From NCBI RefSeq assembly GCF_009914755.1, contig NC_060947.1: a stretch of 64,000 bases of DNA. One strand, written 5' to 3'. The translations under genes were made by a program, and so were the position numbers. Shown piece after piece: positions 40,784 to 54,900 of this stretch (position 1 is its first letter; every line of letters begins with the position of its first letter). Below the pieces are notes generated by a model. That model had not been told where the DNA came from and did not search any database. It saw nothing but the letters and a program-made list of their open reading frames with translations. Source of the DNA: the human T2T-CHM13v2.0 reference genome, Homo sapiens.

Positions 40784-43700
40784 TATTTCAAAACTGCTCT
40801 ATGAAAAGCAATGTTAAACTCTGTCGCTCGAACACAAACATCACAAAGCAGTTTCTGAGAATGCTTCAGTTTAGTTTTTCTGTGGAAATATTCCCGTTTC
40901 CAAAGAAATCTTCAAAGAGGTCCACGTATCCACTTACAGATTCTACAAAAAGACAGTTTCAAAACTGCTCCATCAAAAGGAGGGTTCAACTGTGTGACTT
41001 GAATGCAATCATCACTCAGAAGTTTCTGAGAATGCTTCTCTTTAGTTTTTACGTGAACATATACCCGTTTCGAACGAACGCCACCCAGTGGTCCAAATAT
41101 CCACTTGCAGATTCTACAGAAAGAGTGTTTCGAACCTGAACTCTCAAAGGCAGGTTCATCTCTGCGAGTTAAATGCATTCATCATGAAGAACTTTCTCAG
41201 AGTGTTTGTGTTTAGTTATGGGAAATTATTCCCGTTTCCAACGAAATCCTCAGAGAGCTCCAAATATCCACCTGCAGATTCTACCAAAAGTGTATTTGGA
41301 AACTGCTCCATCAAAAGGCATGTTCAGCTCTGTGAGTGAAACTCCATCATCACAAAGAATATTCTGAGAATGCTTCCGTTTGCCTTTTATATGAACTTCC
41401 TTCCTGTACTACCGTAGGCCTCAAAGCAGTCCAAATCTCCATTTGCAGATTCTACAAAAAGAGTGATTCCAATCTTCTCTATCAATAGGATTGTTCAACT
41501 CCATGAGTTGAATGCCATCCTCACAAAGTAGTTTCTGAGAATGCTTCTATCTGGTTTTTGTGTGAAGATATTTCCTTTTCCACCACAGGCCTCAAAGCCC
41601 TCCAAACGTCCACTTGCAGATTCTCGAAAAAGAGTGTTTCATAGCTGCTCTTTCAAAAGGAAAGTTCAACTCTGGGAGTTGAATACAAACATCACAAAGT
41701 AGTTTCCGAGAATGCTTCTGTTTAGTTTTTATGTGAAGATGATCCCGTTTCCAGTGAAATCTTCAAAGAGGTCCACATATCCCCTTGCAGATTCCAAAGA
41801 AAGAGGGTTTCAAAACTGCTCCATCAGAAGGATTGTTCAACTCTGTGAGTTGAATGCAGTCATCGCAGAAAACTTTCTGAGAATGCTTCTGTCTAGGTTT
41901 GATGTGAAGATATAGACGTTTCAAACGAAGGCTACAAAGTGGTCAAAATATACACTTGCAGATTCTACTACAAGGGTGTTGCAAACCTGAACTATCAAAG
42001 GAAGGTTCAACTCTGTGAGTTGAATACAAACATCACAAAGAATGTTCTGAGTTTGCTTCCGTTCAGTTATGGGAAGTTGATCCCGTTTCCAACGAAATCC
42101 TCAGAGAGGTCCAAATATCCCCTTGCAGATTCTACAAAACGTGTGTTTGGAAACTGCTCCATCATAAAGAATGTTCAGCTCCCTGAGTTAAACTCCATCG
42201 TCACAAAGAATTTTCTGAGAGTGCTACCGTCTGGTTTTTATATGAAGCTCTTTCCTTCACTACCACAGGCCTCAAAGCGGTCCAAATCTCCACTTGCAGA
42301 TTCTACAAAAAGAGTGTTTGCAAACTGCTCTATCAAAAGGAATGTTCAACTCTGGGAGTTGAATGCAATCATCACAGAGCAGTTTCTGAGAATGCTTCTA
42401 TGTCGTTTTTAGGAGAAGATATTTCCTTTTCCAACACAGTACCCCAAGCCCGCTAAATAGCCACTTGCACATTGTAGAAAAAGTGTGTCAAAGCTGCGCT
42501 ATCAAAGGGAAAGTTCAACTCTGTGAGGTGAATGCAAACATCCCAAAGAAGTTTCTGAGAATGCTTCCGTTTACCTTTTAGGTGAAGATTATCCCGTTTC
42601 CAACGAAACCTTCAAAGAGGTCCAAATATCCCCTTGCGGATCCCACAGAAAGAGTGTTTCGAAACTGCTGTTTCAAAAGGAATCTTCAACTCTGTGAGTT
42701 GAATGCAATCATCACAAAGAAGTTTCTGACAATGCTTCTCTCTCGTCTTTCTGTGAAGATAAAGGAAAAGGCTTTCAGGCCTTTTCCACCACAGGCCTGA
42801 AAGCGCTCCAAATGTCCACTTGCAGATTCTGCGAAAAGAATATTTCAAAACTGCTCTATGAAAAGCAATGTTAAACTCTGTGGCTCGAACACAAACATCA
42901 CAAAGCGGTTTCTGAGAATGCTTCAGTTTAGTTTTTCTGTGGAAATATTCCCGTTTCCAAAGAAATCTTCAAAGAGGTCCACGTATCCACTTACAGATTC
43001 TACAAAAAGACAGTTTCAAAACTGCTCCATCAAAAGGAGGGTTCAACTGTGTGACTTGAATGCAATCATCACTCAGAAGTTTCTGAGAATGCTTCTCTTT
43101 AGTTTTTACGTGAACATATACCCGTTTCGAACGAAGGACACCCAGTGGTCCAAATATCCACTTGCAGATTATACAGAAAGAGTGTTTCGAACCTGAACTC
43201 TCAAAGGCAGGTTCATCTCTGCGAGTTAAATGCATTCATCATGAAGAACTTTCTCAGAGTGTTTGTGTTTAGTTATGGGAAATTATTCCCGTTTCCAACG
43301 AAATCCTCAGAGAGCTCCAAATATCCACCTGCAGATTCTACCAAATGTGTATTTGGAAACTGCTCCATCAAAAGGCATGTTCAGCTCTGTGAGTGAAACT
43401 CCATCATCACAAAGAATATTCTGAGAATGCTTCCGTTTGCCTTTTATATGAAGTTCCTTCCTGTACTACCGTAGGCCTCAAAGCAGTCCAAATCTCCATT
43501 TGCAGATTCTACAAAAAGAGTGATTCCAATCTGCTCTATCAATAGGATTGTTCAACTCCATGAGTTGAATGCCATCCTCACAAAGTAGTTTCTGAGAATG
43601 CTTCTATCTGGTTTTTGTGTGAAGATATTTCCTTTTCCACCACAGGCCTCAAAGCCCTCCAAACGTCCACTTGCAGATTCTCGAAAAAGAGTGTTTCATA

Positions 43701-46700
43701 GCTGCTCTTTCAAAAGGAAAGTTCAACTCTGGGAGTTGAATACAAACATCACAAAATAGTTTCTGAGAATGCTTCTGTTTAGTTTTTATATGAAGATGAT
43801 CCCGTTTCCAGTGAAATCTTCAAAGAGGTCCACATATCCCCTTGCAGATTCCAAAGAAAGAGGGTTTCAAAACTGCTCCATCAGAAGGATTGTTCAACTC
43901 TGTGAGTTGAATGCAGTCATCGCAGAAAACTTTCTGAGAATGCTTCTGTCTAGGTTTGATGTGAAGATATAGACGTTTCAAACGAAGGCTACAAAGTGGT
44001 CAAAATATACACTTGCAGATTCTACTACAAGGGTGTTGCAAACCTGAACTATCAAAGGAAGGTTCAACTCTGTGAGTTGAATACAAACATCACAAAGAAT
44101 GTTCTGAGTTTGCTTCCGTTCAGTTATGGGAAGTTGATCCCGTTTCCAACGAAATCCTCAGAGAGGTCCAAATATCCCCTCGCAGATTCTACAAAACGTG
44201 TGTTTGGAAACTGCTCCATCATAACGAATGTTCAGCTCCCTGAGTTAAACTCCATCGTCACAAAGAATTTTCTGAGAGTGCTACCGTCTGGTTTTTATAT
44301 GAAGTTCTTTCCTTCACTATCACAGGCCTCAAAGCGGTCCAAATCTCCACTTGCAGATTCTACAAAAAGAGTGTTTGCAAACTGCTCTATCAAAAGGAAT
44401 GTTCAACTCTGGGAGTTGAATGCAATCATCACAGAGCAGTTTCTGAGAATGCTTCTATGTCGTTTTTAGGAGAAGATATTTCCTTTTCCAACACAGTCCT
44501 CCAAGCCCGCTAAATAGCCACTTGCACATTGTAGAAAAAGTGTGTCAAAGCTGCGCTATCAAAGGGAAAGTTCAACTCTGTGAGGTGAATGCAAACATCC
44601 CAAAGAAGTTTCTGAGAATGCTTCCGTTTACCTTTTAGGTGAAGATTATCCCGTTTCCAACGAAACCTTCAAAGAGGTCCAAATATCCCCTTGCGGATCC
44701 CACAGAAAGAGTGTTTCGAAACTGCTGTTTCAAAAGGAATCTTCAACTCTGTGAGTTGAATGCAATCATCACAAAGAAGTTTCTGACAATGCTTCTCTCT
44801 CGTCTTTCTGTGAAGATAAAGGAAAAGGCTTTCAGGCCTTTTCCACCACAGGCCTGAAAGCGCTCCAAATGTCCACTTGCAGATTCTGCCAAAAGAATAT
44901 TTCAAAACTGCTCTATGAAAAGCAATGTTAAACTCTGTGGCTCGAACACAAACATCACAAAGCAGTTTCTGAGAATGCTTCAGTTTAGTTTTTCTGTGGA
45001 AATATTCCCGTTTCCAAAGAAATCTTCAAAGAGGTCCACGTATCCACTTACAGATTCTACAAAAAGACAGTTTCAAAACTGCTCCATCAAAAGGAGGGTT
45101 CAACTGTGTGACTTGAATGCAATCATCACTCAGAAGTTTCTGAGAATGCTTCTCTTTAGTTTTTACGTGAACATATACCCGTTTCGAACGAAGGCCAGCC
45201 AGTGGTCCAAATATCCACTTGCAGATTCTACAGAAAGAGTGTTTCGAACCTGAACTCTCAAAGGCAGGTTCATCTCTGCGAGTTAAATGCATTCATCATG
45301 AAGAACTTTCTCAGAGTGTTTGTGTTTAGTTATGGGAAATTATTCCCGTTTCCAACGAAATCCTCAGAGAGCTCCAAATATCCACCTGCAGATTCTACCA
45401 AAAGTGTATTTCGAAACTGCTCCATCAAAAGGCATGTTCAGCTCTGTCAGTGAAACTCCATCATCACAAAGAATATTCTGAGAATGCTTCCGTTTGCCTT
45501 TTATATGAACTTCCTTCCTGTACTACCGTAGGCCTCAAAGCAGTCCAAATCTCCATTTGCAGATTCTACAAAAAGAGTGATTCCAATCTGCTCTATCAAT
45601 AGGATTGTTCAACTCCATGAGTTGAATGCCATCCTCACAAAGTCGTTTCTGAGAATGCTTCTATCTAGTTTTTATGTGAAGATATTTCCTTTTCCACCAC
45701 AGGCCTCAAAGCCCTCCAAACGTCCACTTGCAGATTCTCGAAAAAGAGTGTTTCATAGCTGCTCTTTCAAAAGGAAAGTTCAACTCTGGGAGTTGAATAC
45801 AAACATCTCAAACTAGTTTCCGAGAATGCTTCTGTTTAGTTTTTATGTGAAGATGATCCCGTTTCCAGTGAAATCTTCAAAGAGGTCCACATATCCCCTT
45901 GCAGATTCCAAAGAAAGAGGGTTTCAAAACTGCTCCATCAGAAGGATTGTTCAACTCTGTGAGTTGAATGCAGTCATCGCAGAAAACTTTCTGAGAATGC
46001 TTCTGTCTAGGTTTGATGTGAAGATATAGACGTTTCAAACGAAGGCTACAAAGTGGTCAAAATATACACTTGCAGATTCTACTACAAGGGTGTTGCAAAC
46101 CTGAACTATCAAAGGAAGGTTCAACTCTGTGAGTTGAATACAAACATCACAGAGAATGTTCTGAGTTTGCTTCCGTTCAGTTATGGGAAGTTGATCCCGT
46201 TTCCAACGAAATCCTCAGAGAGGTCCAAATATCCCCTCGCAGATTCTACAAAACGTGTGTTTGGAAACTGCTCCATCATAACGAATGTTCAGCTCCCTGA
46301 GTTAAACTCCATCGTCACAAAGAATTTTCTGAGAGTGCTACCGTCTGGTTTTTATATGAAGTTCTTTCCTTCACTACCACAGGCCTCAAAGCGGTCCAAA
46401 TCTCCACTTGCAGATTCTACAAAAAGAGTGTTTGCAAACTGCTCTATCAAAAGGAATGTTCAACTCTGGGAGTTGAATGCAATCATCACAGAGCAGTTTC
46501 TGAGAATGCTTCTATGTCGTTTTTAGGAGAAGATATTTCCTTTTCCAACACAGTCCTCCAAGCCCACTAAATAGCCACTTGCACATTGTAGAAAAAGTGT
46601 GTCAAAGCTGCGCTATCAAAGGGAAAGTTCAACTCTGTGAGGTGAATGCAAACATCCCAAAGAAGTTTCTGAGAATGCTTCCGTTTAGCTTTTAGGTGAA

Positions 46701-49011
46701 GATTATCCCGTTTCCAACGAAACCTTCAAAGAGGTCCAAATATCCCCTTGCGGATCCCACAGAAAGAGTGTTTCGAAACTGCTGTTTCAAAAGGAATCTT
46801 CAACTCTGTGAGTTGAATGCAATCATCACAAAGAAGTTTCTGACAATGCTTCTCTCTCGTCTTTCTGTGAAGATAAAGGAAAAGGCTTTCAGGCCTTTTC
46901 CACCACAGGCCTGAAAGCGCTCCAAATGTCCACTTGCAGATTCTGCCAAAAGAATATTTCAAAACTGCTCTATGAAAAGCAATGTTAAACTCTGCGGCTC
47001 GAACACAAACATCACAAAGCGGTTTCTGAGAATGCTTCAGTTTAGTTTTTCTGTGGAAATATTCCCGTTTCCAAAGAAATCTTCAAAGAGGTCCACGTAT
47101 CCACTTACAGATTCTACAAAAAGACAGTTTCAAAACTGCTCCATCAAAAGGAGGGTTCAACTGTGTGACTTGAATGCAATCATCACTCAGAAGTTTCTGA
47201 GAATGCTTCTCTTTAGTTTTTACGTGAACATATACCCGTTTCGAACGAAGGACACCCAGTGGTCCAAATATCCACTTGCAGATTCTACAGAAAGAGTGTT
47301 TCGAACCTGAACTCTCAAAGGCAGGTTCATCTCTGCGAGTTAAATGCATTCATCATGAAGAACTTTCTCAGAGTGTTTGTGTTTAGTTATGGGAAATTAT
47401 TCCCGTTTCCAACGAAATCCTCAGAGAGCTCCAAATATCCACCTGCAGATTCTACCAAAAGTGTATTTGGAAACTGCTCCATCAAAAGGCATGTTCAGCT
47501 CTGTGAGTGAAACTCCATCATCACAAAGAATATTCTGAGAATGCTTCCGTTTGCCTGTTATATGAAGTTCCTTCCTGTACTACCGTAGGCCTCAAAGCAG
47601 TCCAAATCTCCATTTGCAGATTCTACAAAAAGAGTGATTCCAATCTGCTCTATCAATAGGATTGTTCAACTCCATGAGTTGAATGCCATCCTCACAAAGT
47701 AGTTTCTGAGAATGCTTCTATCTGGTTTTTGTGTGAAGATATTTCCTTTTCCACCACAGGCCTCAAAGCCCTCCAAACGTCCACTTGCAGATTCTCGAAA
47801 AAGAGTGTTTCATAGCTGCTCTTTCAAAAGGAAAGTTCAACTCTGGGAGTTGAATACAAACATCACAAAGTAGTTTCTGAGAATGCTTCTGTTTAGTTTT
47901 TATATGAAGATGATCCCGTTTCCAGTGAAATCTTCAAAGAGGTCCACATATCCCCTTGCAGATTCCAAAGAAAGAGGGTTTCAAAACTGCTCCATCAGAA
48001 GGATTGTTCAACTCTGTGAGTTGAATGCAGTCATCGCAGAAAACTTTCTGAGAATGCTTCTGTCTAGGTTTGATGTGAAGATATAGACGTTTCAAACGAA
48101 GGCTACAAAGTGGTCAAAATATACACTTGCAGATTCTACTACAAGGGTGTTGCAAACCTGAACTATCAAAGGAAGGTTCAACTCTGTGAGTTGAATACAA
48201 ACATCACAAAGAATGTTCTGAGTTTGCTTCCGTTCAGTTATGGGAAGTTGATCCCGTTTCCAACGAAATCCTCAGAGAGGTCCAAATATCCCCTCGCAGA
48301 TTCTACAAAACGTGTGTTTGGAAACTGCTCCATCATAACGAATGTTCAGCTCCCTGAGTTAAACTCCATCGTCACAAAGAATTTTCTGAGAGTGCTACCG
48401 TCTGGTTTTTATATGAAGTTCTTTCCTTCACTATCACAGGCCTCAAAGCGGTCCAAATCTCCACTTGCAGATTCTACAAAAAGAGTGTTTGCAAACTGCT
48501 CTATCAAAAGGAATGTTCAACTCTGGGAGTTGAATGCAATCATCACAGAGCAGTTTCTGAGAATGCTTCTATGTCGTTTTTAGGAGAAGATATTTCCTTT
48601 TCCAACACAGTCCTCCAAGCCCGCTAAATAGCCACTTGCACATTGTAGAAAAAGTGTGTCGAAGCTGCGCTATCAAAGGGAAAGTTCAACTCTGTGAGGT
48701 GAATGCAAACATCCCAAAGAAGTTTCTGAGAATGCTTCCGTTTAGCTTTTAGGTGAAGATTATCCCGTTTCCAACGAAACCTTCAAAGAGGTCCAAATAT
48801 CCCCTTGCGGATCCCACAGAAAGAGTGTTTCGAAACTGCTGTTTCAAAAGGAATCTTCAACTCTGTGAGTTGAATGCAATCATCACAAAGAAGTTTCTGA
48901 CAATGCTTCTCTCTCGTCTTTCTGTGAAGATAAAGGAAAAGGCTTTCAGGCCTTTTCCACCACAGGCCTGAAAGCGCTCCAAATGTCCACTTGCAGATTC
49001 TGCCAAAAGAA
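40784..49011 (-). repeat. Four canonical 12-mers (U20-U23)
   Basis: 2057-bp period throughout. Confidence 0.95.
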
Positions 49012-51919
49012 TATTTCAAAACTGCTCTATGAAAAGCAATGTTAAACTCTGTGGCTCGAACACAAACATCACAAAGCAGTTTCTGAGAATGCTTCAGTTT
49101 AGTTTTTCTGTGGAAATATTCCCGTTTCCAAAGAAATCTTCAAAGAGGTCCACGTATCCACTTACAGATTCTACAAAAAGACAGTTTCAAAACTGCTCCA
49201 TCAAAAGGAGGGTTCAACTGTGTGACTTGAATGCAATCATCACTCAGAAGTTTCTGAGAATGCTTCTCTTTAGTTTTTACGTGAACATATAGCCGTTTCG
49301 AACGAAGGCCAGCCAGTGGTCCAAATATCCACTTGCAGATTCTACAGAAAGAGTGTTTCGAACCTGAACTCTCAAAGGCAGGTTCATCTCTGCGAGTTAA
49401 ATGCATTCATCATGAAGAACTTTCTCAGAGTGTTTGTGTTTAGTTATGGGAAATTATTCCCGTTTCCAACGAAATCCTCAGAGAGCTCCAAATATCCACC
49501 TGCAGATTCTACCAAAAGTGTATTTGGAAACTGCTCCATCAACAGGCATGTTCAGCTCTGTGAGTGAAACTCCATCATCACAAAGAATATTCTGAGAATG
49601 CTTCCGTTTGCCTTTTATATGAAGTTCCTTCCTATACTACCGTAGGCCTCAAAGCAGTCCAAATCTCCATTTGCAGATTCTACAAAAAGAGTGATTCCAA
49701 TCTGCTCTATCAATAGGATTGTTCAACTCCATGAGTTGAATGCCATCCTCACAATGTCGTTTCTGAGAATGCTTCTATCTAGTTTTTATGTGAAGATATT
49801 TCCTTTTCCACCACAGGCCTCAAAGCCCTCCAAACGTCCACTTGCAGATTCTCGAAAAAGAGTGTTTCATAGCTGCTCTTTCAAAAGGAAAGTTCAACTC
49901 AGGGAGTTGAATACAAACATCACAAAGTAGTTTCCGAGAATGCTTCTGTTTAGTTTTTATGTGAAGATGATCCCGTTTCCAGTGAAATCTTCAAAGAGGT
50001 CCACATATCCCCTTGCAGATTCCAAAGAAAGAGGGTTTCAAAACTGCTCCATCAGAAGGATTGTTCAACTCTGTGAGTTGAATGCAGTCATCGCAGAAAA
50101 CTTTCTGAGAATGCTTCTGTCTAGGTTTGATGTTAAGATATAGACGTTTCAAACGAAGGCTACAAAGTGGTCAAAATATACACTTGCAGATTCTACTACA
50201 AGGGTGTTACAAACCTGAACTATCAAAGGAAGGTTCAACTCTGTGAGTTGAATACAAACATCACAAAGAATGTTCTGAGTTTGCTTCCGTTCAGTTATGG
50301 GAATTTGATCCCGTTTCCAACGAAATCCCCAGAGAGGTCTAAATATCCCCTTGCAGATTCTACAAAACGTGTGTTTGGAAACTGCTCCATCATAACGAAT
50401 GTTCAGCTCCCTGAGTTAAACTCCATCGTCACAAAGAATTTTCTGAGAGTGCTACCGTCTGGTTTTTATATGAAGTTCTTTCCTTCACTACCACAGGCCT
50501 CAAAGCGGTCCAAATCTCCACTTGCAGATTCTACAAAAAGAGTGATTCCAATCTGCTCTATCAATAGGATTGTTCAACTCCATGGGTTGAATGCCATCCT
50601 CACAAATTAGTTTCTGAGAATGCTTCTATCTGGTTTTTGTGTGAAGATATTTCCTTTTCCACCACAGGCCTCAAAGCCCTCCAAACGTCCACTTGCAGAT
50701 TCTCGAAAAAGAGTGTTTCATAGCTGCTCTTTCAAAAGGAAAGTTCAACTCTGGGAGTTGAATACAAACATCACAAAATAGTTTCTGAGAATGCTTCTGT
50801 TTAGTTTTTATATGAAGATGATCCCGTTTCCAGTGAAATCTTCAAAGAGGTCCACATATCCCCTTGCAGATTCCAAAGAAAGAGGGTTTCAAAACTGCTC
50901 CATCAGAAGGATTGTTCAACTCTGTGAGTTGAATGCAGTCATCGCAGAAAACTTTCTGAGAATGCTTCTGTCTAGGTTTGATGTGAAGATATAGACGTTT
51001 CAAACGAAGGCTACAAAGTGGTCAAAATATACACTTGCAGATTCTACTACAAGGGTGTTGCAAACCTGAACTATCAAAGGAAGGTTCAACTCTGTGAGTT
51101 GAATACAAACATCACAAAGAATGTTCTGAGTTTGCTTCCGTTCAGTTATGGGAAGTTGATCCCGTTTCCAACGAAATCCTCAGAGAGGTCCAAATATCCC
51201 CTCGCAGATTCTACAAAACGTGTGTTTGGAAACTGCTCCATCATAACGAATGTTCAGCTCCCTGAGTTAAACTCCATCGTCACAAAGAATTTTCTGAGAG
51301 TGCTACCGTCTGGTTTTTATATGAAGCTCTTTCCTTCACTACCACAGGCCTCAAAGCGGTCCAAATCTCCACTTGCAGATTCTACAAAAAGAGTGTTTGC
51401 AAACTGCTCTATCAAAAGGAATGTTCAACTCTGGGAGTTGAATGCAATCATCACAGAGCAGTTTCTGAGAATGCTTCTATGTCGTTTTTAGGAGAAGATA
51501 TTTCCTTTTCCAACACAGTCCTCCAAGCCCGCTAAATAGCCACTTGCACATTGTAGAAAAAGTGTGTCAAAGCTGCGCTATCAAAGGGAAAGTTCAACTC
51601 TGTGAGGTGAATGCAAACATCCCAAAGAAGTTTCTGAGAATGCTTCCGTTTAGCTTTTAGGTGAAGATTATCCCGTTTCCAACGAAACCTTCAAAGAGGT
51701 CCAAATATCCCCTTGCGGATCCCACAGAAAGAGTGTTTCGAAACTGCTGTTTCAAAAGGAATCTTCAACTCTGTGAGTTGAATGCAATCATCACAAAGAA
51801 GTTTCTGACAATGCTTCTCTCTCGTCTTTCTGTGAAGATAAAGGAAAAGGCTTTCAGGCCTTTTCCACCACAGGCCTGAAAGCTTTCCAAATGTCCACTT
51901 GCAGATTCTGCCAAAAGAA
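49012..51919 (-). repeat. 17-mer HOR variant (2908 bp), U24
   Basis: Spacing 49029 to 51937 is 2908. The junction lies at 50522-50544. Confidence 0.95.
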
Positions 51920-54900
51920 TATTTCAAAACTGCTCTATGAAAAGCAATGTTAAACTCTGTGGCTCGAACACAAACATCACAAAGCAGTTTCTGAGAATGC
52001 TTCAGTTTAGTTTTTCTGTGGAAATATTCCCGTTTCCAAAGAAATCTTCAAAGAGGTCCACGTATCCACTTACAGATTCTACAAAAAGACAGTTTCAAAA
52101 CTGCTCCATCAAAAGGAGGGTTCAACTGTGTGACTTGAATGCAATCATCACTCAGAAGTTTCTGAGAATGCTTCTCTTTAGTTTTTACGTGAACATATAC
52201 CCGTTTCGAACGAAGGCCACCCAGTGGTCCAAATATCCACTTGCAGATTCTACAGAAAGAGTGTTTCGAACCTGAACTCTCAAAGGCAGGTTCATCTCTG
52301 CGAGTTAAATGCATTCATCATGAAGAACTTTCTCAGAGTGTTTGTGTTTAGTTATGGGAAATTATTCCCGTTTCCAACGAAATCCTCAGAGAGCTCCAAA
52401 TATCCACCTGCAGATTCTACCAAAAGTGTATTTGGAAACTGCTCCATCAAAAGGCATGTTCAGCTCTGTGAGTGAAACTCCATCATCACAAAGAATATTC
52501 TGAGAATGCTTCCGTTTGCCTTTTATATGAACTTCCTTCCTGTACTACCGTAGGCCTCAAAGCAGTCCAAATCTCCATTTGCAGATTCTACAAAAAGAGT
52601 GATTCCAATCTGCTCTATCAATAGGATTGTTCAACTCCATGAGTTGAATGCCATCCTCACAAAGTAGTTTCTGAGAATGCTTCTATCTGGTTTTTGTGTG
52701 AAGATATTTCCTTTTCCACCACAGGCCTCAAAGCCCTCCAAACGTCCACTTGCAGATTCTCGAAAAAGAGTGTTTCATAGCTGCTCTTTCAAAAGGAAAG
52801 TTCAACTCTGGGAGTTGAATACAAACATCACAAAGTAGTTTCCGAGAATGCTTCTGTTTAGTTTTTATGTGAAGATGATCCCGTTTCCAGTGAAATCTTC
52901 CAAGAGGTCCACATATCCCCTTGCAGATTCCAAAGAAAGAGGGTTTCAAAACTGCTCCATCAGAAGGATTGTTCAACTCTGTGAGTTGAATGCAGTCATC
53001 GCAGAAAACTTTCTGAGAATGCTTCTGTCTAGGTTTGATGTGAAGATATAGACGTTTCAAACGAAGGCTACAAAGTGGTCAAAATATACACTTGCAGATT
53101 CTACTACAAGGGTGTTGCAAACCTGAACTATCAAAGGAAGGTTCAACTCTGTGAGTTGAATACAAACATCACAAAGAATGTTCTGAGTTTGCTTCCGTTC
53201 AGTTATGGGAAGTTGATCCCGTTTCCAACGAAATCCTCAGAGAGGTCCAAATATCCCCTCGCAGATTCTACAAAACGTGTGTTTGGAAACTGCTCCATCA
53301 TAACGAATGTTCAGCTCCCTGAGTTAAACTCCATCGTCACAAAGAATTTTCTGAGAGTGCTACCGTCTGGTTTTTATATGAAGTTCTTTCCTTCACTATC
53401 ACAGGCCTCAAAGCGGTCCAAATCTCCACTTGCAGATTCTACAAAAAGAGTGTTTGCAAACTGCTCTATCAAAAGGAATGTTCAACTCTGGGAGTTGAAT
53501 GCAATCATCACAGAGCAGTTTCTGAGAATGCTTCTATGTCGTTTTTAGGAGAAGATATTTCCTTTTCCAACACAGTCCTCCAAGCCCGCTAAATAGCCAC
53601 TTGCACATTGTAGAAAAAGTGTGTCAAAGCTGCGCTATCAAAGGGAAAGTTCAACTCTGTGAGGTGAATGCAAACATCCCAAAGAAGTTTCTGAGAATGC
53701 TTCCGTTTACCTTTTAGGTGAAGATTATCCCGTTTCCAACGAAACCTTCAAAGAGGTCCAAATATCCCCTTGCGGATCCCACAGAAAGAGTGTTTCGAAA
53801 CTGCTGTTTCAAAAGGAATCTTCAACTCTGTGAGTTGAATGCAATCATCACAAAGAAGTTTCTGACAATGCTTCTCTCTCGTCTTTCTGTGAAGATAAAG
53901 GAAAAGGCTTTCAGGCCTTTTCCACCACAGGCCTGAAAGCGCTCCAAATGTCCACTTGCAGATTCTGCCAAAAGAATATTTCAAAACTGCTCTATGAAAA
54001 GCAATGTTAAACTCTGTCGCTCGAACACAAACATCACAAAGCAGTTTCTGAGAATGCTTCAGTTTAGTTTTTCTGTGGAAATATTCCCGTTTCCAAAGAA
54101 ATCTTCAAAGAGGTCCACGTATCCACTTACAGATTCTACAAAAAGACAGTTTCAAAACTGCTCCATCAAAAGGAGGGTTCAACTGTGTGACTTGAATGCA
54201 ATCATCACTCAGAAGTTTCTGAGAATGCTTCTCTTTAGTTTTTACGTGAACATATACCCGTTTCGAACGAACGCCACCCAGTGGTCCAAATATCCACTTG
54301 CAGATTCTACAGAAAGAGTGTTTCGAACCTGAACTCTCAAAGGCAGGTTCATCTCTGCGAGTTAAATGCATTCATCATGAAGAACTTTCTCAGAGTGTTT
54401 GTGTTTAGTTATGGGAAATTATTCCCGTTTCCAACGAAATCCTCAGAGAGCTCCAAATATCCACCTGCAGATTCTACCAAAAGTGTATTTGGAAACTGCT
54501 CCATCAAAAGGCATGTTCAGCTCTGTGAGTGAAACTCCATCATCACAAAGAATATTCTGAGAATGCTTCCGTTTGCCTTTTATATGAACTTCCTTCCTGT
54601 ACTACCGTAGGCCTCAAAGCAGTCCAAATCTCCATTTGCAGATTCTACAAAAAGAGTGATTCCAATCTTCTCTATCAATAGGATTGTTCAACTCCATGAG
54701 TTGAATGCCATCCTCACAAAGTAGTTTCTGAGAATGCTTCTATCTGGTTTTTGTGTGAAGATATTTCCTTTTCCACCACAGGCCTCAAAGCCCTCCAAAC
54801 GTCCACTTGCAGATTCTCGAAAAAGAGTGTTTCATAGCTGCTCTTTCAAAAGGAAAGTTCAACTCTGGGAGTTGAATACAAACATCACAAAGTAGTTTCC

